Part shown: positions 1 to 33,795 of the stretch, piece after piece
How positions within the stretch are numbered: position 1 is the first letter of the stretch
Layout of the letters: each line of letters starts with the position of its first letter
NCBI GenBank assembly: GCA_964016885.1
Contig: OZ024755.1
Coordinates: forward strand, 9,362,001 to 9,426,000
Length of the DNA: 64,000 bases
Origin: Eledone cirrhosa
Taxonomy: Eukaryota
Direction of reading: 5' to 3'
The notes under the pieces: generated by a model
What the model was told of the DNA's origin: nothing
The model's input: only the letters and a program-made list of their open reading frames with translations
The model's database searches: none
Position numbers and translations under genes: made by a program

Positions 1-2106
1 TGGAGCTACGGGAAATAAAGTGTTTTGCTCAAGGACACAAAGCACCACTGAGAATCGAACTCATGATCTTACGATCTGTATACCCTAACCACTATGCCAC
101 ACGCCTTCATATCAACGTGAAATTAAGGTTTAATGAAATAAAATAGAAAAAAAACTTTAAAATATTATTTTAGAAAGCGTGCGGAAATTTCATAAACTCA
201 AAATATATTATAGAAAACTGGCAAATAACATACTTGTGTGAATACCAGTGTGTGCATGAGTCTTGTGAATGTATGAATTTGTGCATGTGTGTGGTGTAGT
301 GTGGTGTGGTGTGTGTGTGTACGCGCGCATGAGTATGTGTATGTATGAATTTGTGCATATCTGTGTGTGTGTGTGCGTGCTCGAGCATCAGGGAAAACTT
401 CTAAGGGAAAAAACTTTGAAAGAGTTGTTACCCTTAGTAAGCTATTTATATATATTTTTTAAAGTAACGTATCTATGTTGATAGTACCACAGAAGAACTC
501 GATCCCTTTCTCTCTCTCACATACACACACACATACGCACGCACACAGGGTGTCATTCGAAGACGGTGGATATTAGTAAAGCGTTTAATAAGGGACTTTA
601 TTTGTTGTTACAAGCAACGAATTGGCAGAGTCGTTAAAACGTCGGACAGAATGCTTTGCGGTATTCGTATCGACTCGCGGTGTTATAAAAAAAAATCGGG
701 TAAAATACCCCTATGAACAGAAAAAAGTGACCACATTTTTTCCACCTATAGGAGCAATTTACTCGATTTTCTAAGCTATTGTTTATAGTAATCGATTATA
801 TTTGCTGGTATTTCTGCGACGCCTGAGTTTGTTACATTTTTTTTGAAATGATTATTAAAACTGTTTATAAATGAAGCGACAACTAAATTGTAATACAAAA
901 AAAAAAAAACCATCTTTCGACTTAATACGACTGTGGAACTGCTGAATCGGTTTCCCTAGCCCATCGTTATTCAAGATCCTTATATATAAATGCCTTTGTA
1001 CGTCAATGTTTTGAGGAGTTATATCGTCAGGTACTCGGGTTGGGAGGGGCGGAGGAGAAAACTCAGGAAAAAATTAGAGTTTTTCCCCTTAGCTTAGTTA
1101 ATACAGTTTTATGTGAAACAGTTTTACAGCTTTTGGGGAATAGTCTAACCGCGTATGTTGAAAACCGTACTTATAACAACCGTATAAGGTGAATACCCAC
1201 TGTATATAGTTGTAAGAAGAAGAATCATTCTGATTATGTTAGCGTATTGTGAAATCACGCGACCTAATGGTTCACAATCATATGGTCGTGGTTTCAATTC
1301 CCAATTTATGCGATGCACTATGTTTTTGAGAAAAATACTATAATTCAAGTGGCTCCTTCTGCTAGTTGTTGTAGCCGACAGAAAATATCACCAATGGGAA
1401 CATTGTTTCTTCGGCCCGATTTGCTCTCTTTCGGTATTTTGGGGATTTGTTTTTTTTTTTTTTGTTTTTTTTTTACTTCCTTAACTGTATAAAGTCTTGT
1501 TCGATATCTATTTATCCTTAAGAACATATTTATCCTTAAGACCCATGGTGGTAGAACAAGCAGTGAATGGGAAAAAATAAAAATGTAACATCATAAAACT
1601 AATTTTAGGATTGAAATATAATCTTATTAATTAGTGTAGTTAAAATACATTTTAATAAACTCCGATTCACTGCATCAAAAAAGAAAATTTAAATAATTCC
1701 ATTTACGAGGGTAGGCAGAAAAGTTCATAGGTTGACTATGAAGGAGTTATACGAGAGCTGTGAAATCTTACATACATTAATTTCAACTCTTTTTATCAAT
1801 AACTGAATTGTTTCTTTCCAGGGATTATATTGAAAAATAAACCTCATTTGGTCATTCCATAAGAGTATCTTGGTCAGTCTATGAACTTTTCAACTGACCT
1901 TTGTATATTGTAGCGATACTAGAGCTGTGAAATCTTGCATGCATTAATTTCAACTTGTTGGAAAATAAACCTCATAAAATACCACAATGTAATTAGCACA
2001 GTCACAGATCAGGTCAGGTCACTTGCCTGACAAATAAAACAACAAAATAAACAGCAAACATGTGAAAATCATTTATTCTTTTATAATATATGTTTTTGTG
2101 TAATAT

Positions 2107-23574
<21,468 letters not shown>

Positions 23575-24082
23575 TATTCTTGGATCTTAGCACATTCCAG
23601 AAATAGCTGTAAAGATATATTTAAAGATTCAGTGATAATGGTTTCTGATTTAGGCACAAGGCCAACAATTTGGGGCTGGGGAAAGTGGAATAAATTGACC
23701 CCAGTACGTTAATAGTAATTTACTTTATCGACCTCGTGACAAAGCTAACCTCGGCGGGATTTGAACTCAGAACGTAAAGGGCCGGAGCTCTATGATAATA
23801 GATTCATTGATAATAATAGCTTGTGAAGGCACCTAGCTTAGTGGTTAGAGTGCCTGGTGATGAATTCTGTCCTTGAACAAGGCACTTTATTTCACGTTAT
23901 TCCATTTGGAAAAAAAATGAGTTGTTCCTGAATTCAATAAGCCAGTCTCATTACACTGTATCCAGCTGCATCACGCTGAGAATTACATTAAGGGTATACG
24001 TGTCTGTGCACTGCTCAGCCACTGGCATGTAAATTTCGTGCATAAGTAAATACATACATGTATAAGTGTGTGTGTTTATATG

Positions 24083-24149
<67 letters not shown>

Positions 24150-24790
24150 ATATATATATTATGCGTGTGTGAGTGTGAACACACACGTACACACACACAC
24201 ACTTACACAGACATATATACATAACACACATACTTACACAGATATATATACATACACATACATGCTGCTGAATAACTAATGTTTAGAATAAATTATTTGA
24301 AATTATAGACATTGTGTAACAAGACACACAGTGTTTGTGTATGTTTTTAAATGGAGATTGATTAATGTTCTGTCTCATGCTATCTCATTAAATATACCTG
24401 GCCACTTCACACATACCTGTGACAAGGTGGGCAAGGGTATTACAGGTACAGTCCATCCAATGGGTTACCAATTGCCTTCAAGTGAACATCTACACACACT
24501 CTCACACAGGTTCATACTGCTATCGATTAGTCAATATATCGAAATTATCATGGTTCATGTTACCCTTTGAAACGATCGTAAAACAATGTATAATTAAACA
24601 CTGAACCTCGTCTTGTTTTGTTTTCATTGTTCAACTTATAAATCTAACTCCGTAGTTCTGTGAACACTCAACAACATATAATAAGCTACCAGTTTTGCCA
24701 CAAAACAGATTTCACCTTGTTTCAATGAGATAGTCATATCCACACTACATTGAGTTCTAACAGTGTTATAAGTACTACTTTAATTACTGC

Positions 24791-24836
<46 letters not shown>

Positions 24837-24840
<4 letters not shown>

Positions 24841-25141
24841 CTGTAACTCCTGATAGACATACGGCGTTTCTTGGCCATTTTAAGCCTGGCGGAGCCCATC
24901 CCTCTCCAGGCCAGAGTACAGCAGATTTCTTCCAGAGAAAGATAGAAAGTGAGAGAGAGGAAATAAGATAGAGATATAGAGGAAGAATCGATCCCAGTAC
25001 TAGATTGGTACTTTTTTATCAACCTCGAAAGGATGAAAGGTAAAGTTGACCTCGGCGGGATTTCAACTCAGAGAGCAGCGAGCCAGAACGAATGTCATAA
25101 AGCATTGTATCCGACAATCTAGCGACTCTGCCAATTCACCG

Positions 25142-25145
<4 letters not shown>
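24837..25145 (-). mobile_element. SINE subfamily with the same tRNA/Meta head but a different 3' module (GGGCTCCGCCAGGCTTAAAATG)
   Basis: Copies at 11860-12190 (+), 29540-29830 (-) and a partial copy at 50160-50260 (-). Confidence 0.7.
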
Positions 25146-25231
<86 letters not shown>

Positions 25232-25434
25232 AAAATAACAGATTAAAGTTTAAGCAAAGAATCGCTGCTTTCACCCTTAACGGGATCATCCCGTTAAGGG
25301 CGAAAGCAGCGATTCTTTGCTTAAACTTTAATCTGTTATTTTAATAAATATTTGCTCTACGGTTCTTATATATTTGATATATATTTATCCTTATGGAGCC
25401 CTCTTTGGATTTTAGTCTTCAAATTTATTATTAT

Positions 25435-25474
<40 letters not shown>

Positions 25475-25516
25475 ATACAGACATACACACACATATATAT
25501 ATATATATATACTTAC

Positions 25517-25625
25517 GTTTTAGTTTCTTGCAGTCGATACCTTCAATGTTACTGTCGTCTGCATGACTCTCATTTAGACTTACTACACTAGCAACACCTA
25601 ACGAACAATTACCTTCAATATTCCT
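25517..25625 (-). other. candidate non-coding 5'UTR exon of the WDR64-like gene
   Basis: Unique sequence between microsatellites ending in a GTAAGT donor (25511-25516, minus). The first coding exon has an acceptor 32 nt upstream of its ATG (exon start 23606), so an upstream exon is expected. Confidence 0.4.
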
Positions 25626-25642
25626 TCCCCACTTTCATTCAT

Positions 25643-25756
<114 letters not shown>

Positions 25757-26149
25757 CACACATACACAAACATACACACACATATATTCATGTATATACA
25801 TATATAAAGATAGAGATATAGAGGAGGGTGGAGATAGTGAGAGAGACAAATATACACACGTCATATATATATGTAATATGTATGTTATATATATATATAT
25901 GAGAGAGAGGGAGGGAGGAGTGTGTGTGTGTGTGTGAAGTTTTCATTTCTTATCTCCATTCCTCCTTCACACTAATCCACCAGCTTAAATGTCTCGCTCC
26001 CCTCCCCTCTGCTTCCTCACTTCCTTCATTTTTACCTGCCCTTCCTTCCTCCCTTCTTCCCATCCTTCCCATTCCGTCTACGTATTTGTCTCCACAATTT
26101 ATATGAAGAGGCTAAAGTTCAAGCTATGATCACTCTGTGTATGGGAGCG

Positions 26150-26185
<36 letters not shown>

Positions 26186-26700
26186 CGCGTGTGTGTGTGT
26201 ATGAATGTATGTATGTAGCAATCCTCAGGTGTATGTGTACCACTTCTTATATCTGTGTCTACTCAAGACTATATGGGTACTTAACGAAAGTATGGTATAT
26301 ACTACTAAGTCCTACTCGATTGTCAGTGACGACCACAGTTTTATTTGAAATCAACTGTATCTAGTTAATGGTTGCTATATGCTTTTTCTTTGGTCACAAG
26401 TCACAACAGTGGAGTGAAATAATTCAAACTGAGAGCTTGGAGTTTATTTCTACCTAACGGCATTTTTCCCTGTTATTCAATGTAATTCTATCCTTAATTT
26501 ACTGACATATTCAGTGTTCAACTATAATATATTCCCCTTCTAGTTGTTGTTGTTTGCCATACAGCCACTAGTTGTTGCAACAGAGCATGAATACACAAGT
26601 ATTTAGAATGACAGTCTTCTCTCCAAATTGAAATTGTTTTACGGATAAGGTTTCGTTTAAAAAGTCGTTAACTTGTAATATATCTCAGGTGTTCTACTCC

Positions 26701-26713
26701 GTTCCTCGGCAAC
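26701..26713. promoter_or_regulatory. RFX X-box-like motif GTTCCTCGGCAAC
   Basis: Fits the GTYNCY-N-RGYAAC X-box consensus and lies upstream of a probably ciliary/flagellar WD40 gene. Confidence 0.35.
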
Positions 26714-27131
26714 GAAGTCAATTACGAGCAGGTAAGAACAGGTAAGGCGGGAGACGGCGACATGGCAGAGTCATTAGAACGTTTGATAGAATGCTTTGCA
26801 ATCTTCGTTCCGGCTCTCTGAGTTCAAATCATGGCAAGGTTAACTTTGGCTTTCATCCTTTCAAGGTTGATTAAATAAAGGCACCAGTCCAGTACTAAAG
26901 TCGATTTTCTTCATTCTCCTCTTTTGTTTTTCATCTTACTCTCACTCACACGCTTTCTCTTTTTCTTCCTCTCTCTCTCTCTTTAAATAACTTAAATGGC
27001 ATATATATATATATAGTAATAATAATAAATGTGAAGACTAAAATCCAAAGAGCTCGATAAGGATAAATATATATCAATTCTTTTCTTAAACTTTAATCTG
27101 TTATTTTAATATATATATATATATATATATA

Positions 27132-27530
27132 TTGAAAACGAAGAATCAGTGATACATCGGAACAGAATTTATTACGTATTACAATCGTTTCTCCGGCGAG
27201 CAGCGCGAGGTGCGATCTGTTTGTGGATCGAACCTGACTCTGGATTCGCAAGTTCCTCAGATACGTCTAGTGATTTCGAAGCAAATCCTCTTTGTGGACT
27301 CGGACCATTTCGAATTTCTATAAAGGAGTTGGTATGGTGAATCAGTAGGCGCAGGTATGTGTTGTCAGAAGGGATCGGGATGTCCTTTGAAGAGGAAGAG
27401 TACTGAAATTTCTCCATGGTGATTCACTGTAAGCGTTCTATTTATAAAGGAGCGGAATATTTGTAGTAAGGTTGCTTGGATGCGTCCAAAGGCGGTATGC
27501 CGGTTGAGCACTCTATGCTCCTTCGGAGCA

Positions 27531-27532
<2 letters not shown>
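27132..27532 (-). mobile_element. Penelope-like element ORF N-terminal fragment between two (TA)n tracts
   Basis: ORF 27172-27417 (YSSSSKDIPIPSDNTYLRLLIHHTNSFI..GFASK..EELANPES) resembles the recalled PLE N-terminal motif YSLKNIPIPS..Y...LI.K.E.FI..YGFKS....EL..FE. Confidence 0.6.
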
Positions 27533-27564
<32 letters not shown>

Positions 27565-28455
27565 CACCATTATAACGAATACATTATATTACACATATAT
27601 ATATATATATACGTGTATATGTGTGTGCGTAATATAATGTATTCGTTATAATGGTGATTTATACTGAAAGCATGTAGATACTGCCTCTAATAGATATATC
27701 AAAAGACATTTTTATTGATAAGGAACTATAGGTTAATAAATGGTTCTATAAGGCCTATTACAATTACTTTAATATCGCCAGGGGCTCCAGATTACAAGAG
27801 CAACAAATATAAACATATATAATGATCGTTTCTTTTTTATTTCGCACCGTTTCATGTAAATATACGATATTTACATGACTGATAATAATAATAACCTACC
27901 GTTTTACACCTGTTCAGAAAAAACAACCTCAATGGGATTTCAACATAGACTTGTTACATGCCGTTCCAGGTGTGTATGTATGCACGTATGTCGTCATCTC
28001 TGACTCTGGTCGTTATCAAGACAGTGCTCCCGTAGCCTGCTGGAACTCAATAGAGGCGAAAACATCATTTTCACAGCTATGTACATGGGCTGAATAACCA
28101 CATTTTCATATAGAGCTTTCGGCCGGAAAATAGAATTAAGGTGGTCACTCTAACATAGCTGTATTCATATAAGTATGAGTAGTTTGTATATCTAGCGATA
28201 TAAGGTATGTTTATGAATTAACATTTGAAAGCCTTCCGCTATGAATTTTGGAAACGATGATCGTTGTCGATAGTTACCTACCCTTACTTCTGCTGTAATC
28301 CGCTAGATGAATTTCCATGAGATTTGAACTCAACGTAGGAAGGTGTATCTATACACCTCAAAGCCGATTCTGGTAATCTACCGCCCTTAAATTTTATAAA
28401 TATTCGTAACATTTTCCTTTATCCCCACATTTCTTTTTTCTCCCTTACTTTTTAT

Positions 28456-28497
<42 letters not shown>

Positions 28498-28713
28498 GTG
28501 CGCGCGTGTTTTGAAACAACGAGCTAGTTTTAAATTAGAAACTTCGAATTTTTTTTTTTTTTTTTTTTTTTTAACTAAAGAAATTTTAGCTCTATAGTGG
28601 GGTTTAGAACCTTCTAAGAAATGTAAAAAGACAAATATTGATAAACATGTACATCAATACCCATCTTTTTCCATTTCTTAGAGGGTTCTAAACCCACTAT
28701 CAGGCTAAAATGT

Positions 28714-28750
<37 letters not shown>

Positions 28751-30215
28751 TATAATTATGTATACACTATATACAACTATAAACAGGAAAAGTCAGTAAT
28801 TTATTACTACCTTATTATCAGTAAGAAAAGTTAGCTCAATGTAAATACATGACATGTTTTACAGAGTCGGAATATAAATTACACAATCAAAGCTATGTTC
28901 AAATCATTTTATTGCTGTCAATAGGAGGTTAATTATATGTACAAACATTGCTACTGCTCCGATGATTCCAAACGATAGTCAGCAATAAAATGATTTGAAC
29001 ATAGCTTTGATTGTGTAATTATATATATATATATATATATATTGTTTATTGTACACCATAGATATGTAAAAAAAATTGTAACAATGAGAAACCATCGTTT
29101 TATATTTCCCGTGATATTTACAGTCGTTAGCAAAATAATTTCGTTATTTAAACATTATATAAAATAGTCATAGAATTGTCTTTGAATTTCGATATTCTTA
29201 TTAATAAATGTAAAAGTAAAACAATGATAATTTAATGTGACTTTTGTAACAGTTCCTTTGTTAGAATGATGCTTAAAATGTATTCCATTTATTCCCATTT
29301 GTTGTTAGTGTATATTTTAGTTTATGTTTGACAAGAGAGTAAATCTCGTGTTGTAATATATTTCTTTTTTAACTTGACACAATGGCGGTCTATTTTCGTG
29401 GGAGGAGAGTTGTGCATTGTTGGTGCCGTTTTAAATGAATAACTGAAATGACTTCAACTGAGGATTGAAACCGTAAACCCATCCTATATTTTTCATCGTA
29501 TCTATGTATTATGGTCCTCTAACTACCGAAAGAGTGGTAGGGGGCACCGGATTGACATACGGCGTTTCTTGGACATTTTAAGCCTGGCGGAGCCCATCCC
29601 TTTCCAGGCCTGAGTACAGCAGATTTCTTCCAGAGAAGGATAGAAAGTGAGAGAGAAGAAATGAGAAAGAGATATAGAGGAAGAATCGATCCAAGTACTT
29701 AACTGGAACTGTCTTATCGACCTCGAAAGGATGAAAGCAAAGTTGACCCCGGCGGGATTTAAATTCCGAGAGCCGGAACAAATACCATAAAGCATTCTAT
29801 CCGTTCGAACTACTCTGCCAATTCGCCGCCTATCATCGTGTCTATATTCCTCATCATACTGATTTCTAGTTTAAACACAAGGCCAGTAAATTTGGAGGAA
29901 GATCAAAGTTGATTAAATCAACCCCAGTACATGACTGGGGTCGATAAAATAAAGTACCAGAGGGATGAAACGCATAATTGTTTCTACTTTTAGCGCAAGG
30001 CCAGCAATTTGAAGGGGGAAGTCAATTATATCGACCCAAATAAATCACTGGTACTTTATTTTATCGACTTCAGTGGGATTTTAACTCAGAGTACAGAGAG
30101 CATGAAAAATACCATTTTTATTCGACACTCCGTAACTAAATGTTGTAAATTGCTGCTCTTGTTCCAAAATGAGAAACCCGTATTATCTCTACCAACATCA
30201 TATGGTAGATTGGCA

Positions 30216-30249
<34 letters not shown>

Positions 30250-30466
30250 ACCTCTGTTCAAACATTGTTTCAGTCAGTTTATTTATTTGTATTCACATCT
30301 TTTTTGTCCTAGGCTTGTGTCCTGGTATTTAGGATGCTTGACTCCGTGGGTTCAAGTAGGTGCCTTGTGTTTTTTTTTTGTTTGTTTGTTTTTTAGCAAA
30401 ATATGATACTTTATTTCACGTCACTTCTTCAAAAGACCTTAGTCCCATTTATGTATAAGACAGATA

Positions 30467-30641
30467 TACGAGGGTCGGCTAAAAAGTTCATAGACTGACC
30501 AAATGAAGTTTATTTTTCAACAGTCCCTAGAAAGAAACAATGCAGTTATTAATAAGAAGAGTTGAAAAAAATGTCATGCAAGATTTCACAGCTCTAGCAT
30601 CACTCCTTCAGAGTGTGCGAACTTTTCAGCCGCCCCTCGTA
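30467..30641. mobile_element. Tc1/mariner-like MITE (TA TSD, CGAGGG..AAAAGTTC TIR)
   Basis: TA-CGAGGGTCGGCTAAAAAGTTC...GAACTTTTCAGCCGCCCCTCG-TA. Other copies at 1704-1905, 55977-56176 and a partial copy at 4172-4320. Confidence 0.75.
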
Positions 30642-31196
30642 TGGTCACAGTGACGTGTAATTTCATATACCCAAGGACAGAGAAGCACGCATATATATAT
30701 ACCAGATGGACCTCTGTCGATTTCGGCGATGTGTGCTTCAGTTTTTTCGTTCAATGGAATAGCCAGCCTTACACAGATACGCGTGTCTATATGTAATTCT
30801 CAGCAAGATTTGACGTGACAGTGTGTGTGACAAAGCTGGTCATTTGAATTACAAGTACAGTACATCCAACGAGCTTCCGTCTATCCGATTTCACCCACGA
30901 GACATAGATTAACACTAGGGTACGATAAATGACATTTACCAAAGATGACACACAACGGGATCGAACCTGGGACCTAATGATTGCAAAGCGAGTGTCTTAA
31001 TCATAAGGCCTTGCTGTATCCGCACACATTCACACAATTATCGTTTCGAAAAGTTCATTTTATATTGTTTTGTTTTGATGTTTTACCCTTTTGTTTGAAT
31101 TTTCAGCCATGGTGCGTCCACACATTTTACGAATGTTTTTTCTTTTTCACCCGTCTGCTTGAACTTTTCCCATTTTCAAGCAATTTCAGAAACCGT

Positions 31197-33758
31197 CTAT
31201 AATTTTGGGGCACTTTTGTCGTTCACCTTCGTCTTTTTAAGTTTAGTTCCCTTCTGGATATCGCTTAGCAACGCAGTTCGATTGGGAGCAGTCATTGGTT
31301 TGCCCTCTATAACAGTTTTCAGCGGTGAAGGCGCCGTTGGTAGCGATATTGGTAACGAAGCTTGGCGCTTAGGAACAAAGTCTGACCCTGTTTTAAGCGA
31401 CACTGGCGTTAACGGTAACAATGGTCGTAAGGGTGACGGCAATAGTGCTGGCGGTGGTGGTGGTGGTGGTGTAGGTACTGGCGGAAGTTTATGTACAACC
31501 TCTATAGCAGGTGGAGTCTTGGGAGGCGGAGGTAAAGTTGACAGAGGGGTAAATAGTTGCTCCGTTTGTGGTTGGTCAGGTTGGAGTTGAGGGCTTTTCA
31601 TAAACAAATCCAGATTCGTCAAGGATGATCGTTTTCTTTTCGTTTTCCTCCCAATGGAAGACCTACAGATGAAAATTAAATATTATATATATATAGAAAG
31701 AGAGGGGGGTATAATAAGAAAGAAAAGATGGCACATACAAGCTAATACGTTTTCTCTATTTTCAAAGGTTTTTGACTTCTGATGAGATTTTATCCCGAAA
31801 ATTAAGGTCGTATTTGAATAAAGAAGAAATAACACAGACAAGGTTTGTTGCTTTCTTTTATCTTAAACCATACCACACCTTTCATACTGTCGCAGCCTTC
31901 GAATTACATACCTTCTTATAAATATATATATATATATGGGGTTTTAGATATAAATTTCCAAAGAAAATTATAATCTAATACATGTTTATATCACTATATA
32001 TGTTGTAATATATAAAAAACATGACTACAGCGTAGTATGGTGACTTACTCTATGTCTTAATCTATAGAAATATAACATCATAGAATAGCAGAGGAGTGAA
32101 GGGGTTTAACATAGTTACTTACTTCATTGGAGTTCCTTTACGTAAATTTCGAAGTTGTTCTTTGAAATTTGGCGGTAATGTTTCCTGAAATAATGTAAAA
32201 TAACATACATACATACATACATACGTAGAGAGAGAGAGAGTGTGTGTGTGCGTGTGCGTGTGTGTGTGATGGTATCCAATGATGTTGACTTGTTCTTTTT
32301 GGTAAATATCATCTTGGTTAAGAGAGTGGGACTGGCTTTGTGCAGTGCCTTTGCTCACTATAAAAGCTTCACGGCACAGGTATTGCTTTATATCTGGAAA
32401 TCTCCCTGCACTTGTCACATGGTACCATGGGCCCAGCACTATGTGTCAATTATTGTCACAGGTGTAGTGTTTGTACCAGAGTTTTCAAGTCGCTGGCTGG
32501 ACTAAAAAGTCACACTCGTTCAGCTCATCGGTAGGGGTTCTCCTACATGGATATAAAGTAGTGGCCGTAGCCGAAAACGAGTTGGCAGCCACCATGTATG
32601 TATGTATGTGTGTGCGTGTTTGATTCCAGAGTTGTGTCGTGGGGTAACCACAGTTAAAAAAGGTAAAGTATAGGGAACTTTATTATATATAAAAATGACT
32701 TCTACGGGACTAGAACTGTTTCATTCCTGATTATTTTATACAAATGAAAGAGTGCAGAGGTCATTTATATATATATTATATATATATATATATTAGTACA
32801 GCATTAACGAAGCTTTAATTTGCGGCCAAGCTAACGAATGCAAATTCGGTCTGTAGCTTTAGCACTCGAATGGGAATAGTACCCCCAGAGTAATAACAAT
32901 ACGTTTAGACAGCTTAGCAAATCAAATATAGCGATCGGCAGTCCAGCCGCATTACCACAGCAACGAAAATACAATATATATATAAAATATGGAAAAAGCA
33001 AATAAGTTAAGAAAAAATCTTTACTTTAATGTCCCTGCTGCAGTTTCCTTAGGAAAATAACGAAACTGAGTAGAGTATCGCGAGAAATCCTAAATCATCA
33101 GGAGACTTTCTCTGTCCAGAAATAAAATTCAAGACAAGAATTCCCAGCCGTTCACCCCACATACAGAGTACTCGATATTTGGGGTAATAGAGTAAGGTTA
33201 TATTATATAGTGTCGGGATCCGACGGCTGAGCTCTTACCGTTTCAATAGCTAGTTCCAGACTAGTTTCATCATCATCATCATCATTTTACGTCCGCTTTT
33301 CCCTGCTTGCAAGGGTGGGACGGGAACTGATTCCGGCTTGATTTCTACAGCTGGATGCCCTTCCTAACACCAACCTCATTTACAGTGAGTGGTGGGTGCT
33401 TTTTTGCCGTGGCGCCTACACGTCCACTTTACATCTAATTTCTACAGGTGAGTAAACTGGAGCAATGTGAAATAACGTGTCTTGCTCAAGGAAACAACAC
33501 ATCACCTGGTCTGAGAATTGAACTCACAACCTTTCGATTGCAAGGCCAATGCTCTAACCACTAAGCCATGTGCCTCCATAAAAAGTTTATATATATATAT
33601 ATATATATATCTAAAAAGTTTTTATATATATATATCTAAAAAGTTTATATATATATATATATATATATATAAAAAGTTTATATATATATATATATATTGT
33701 TATACTTGGGGAGGATCATATTTGTGTAATATTGCTAGAATGAATAATATATATAAAG

Positions 33759-33795
<37 letters not shown>

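Noticed and set aside
31159-31590. Gly-rich plus-strand ORF
   Set aside because: Antisense shadow of the proline-rich last Slob exon.
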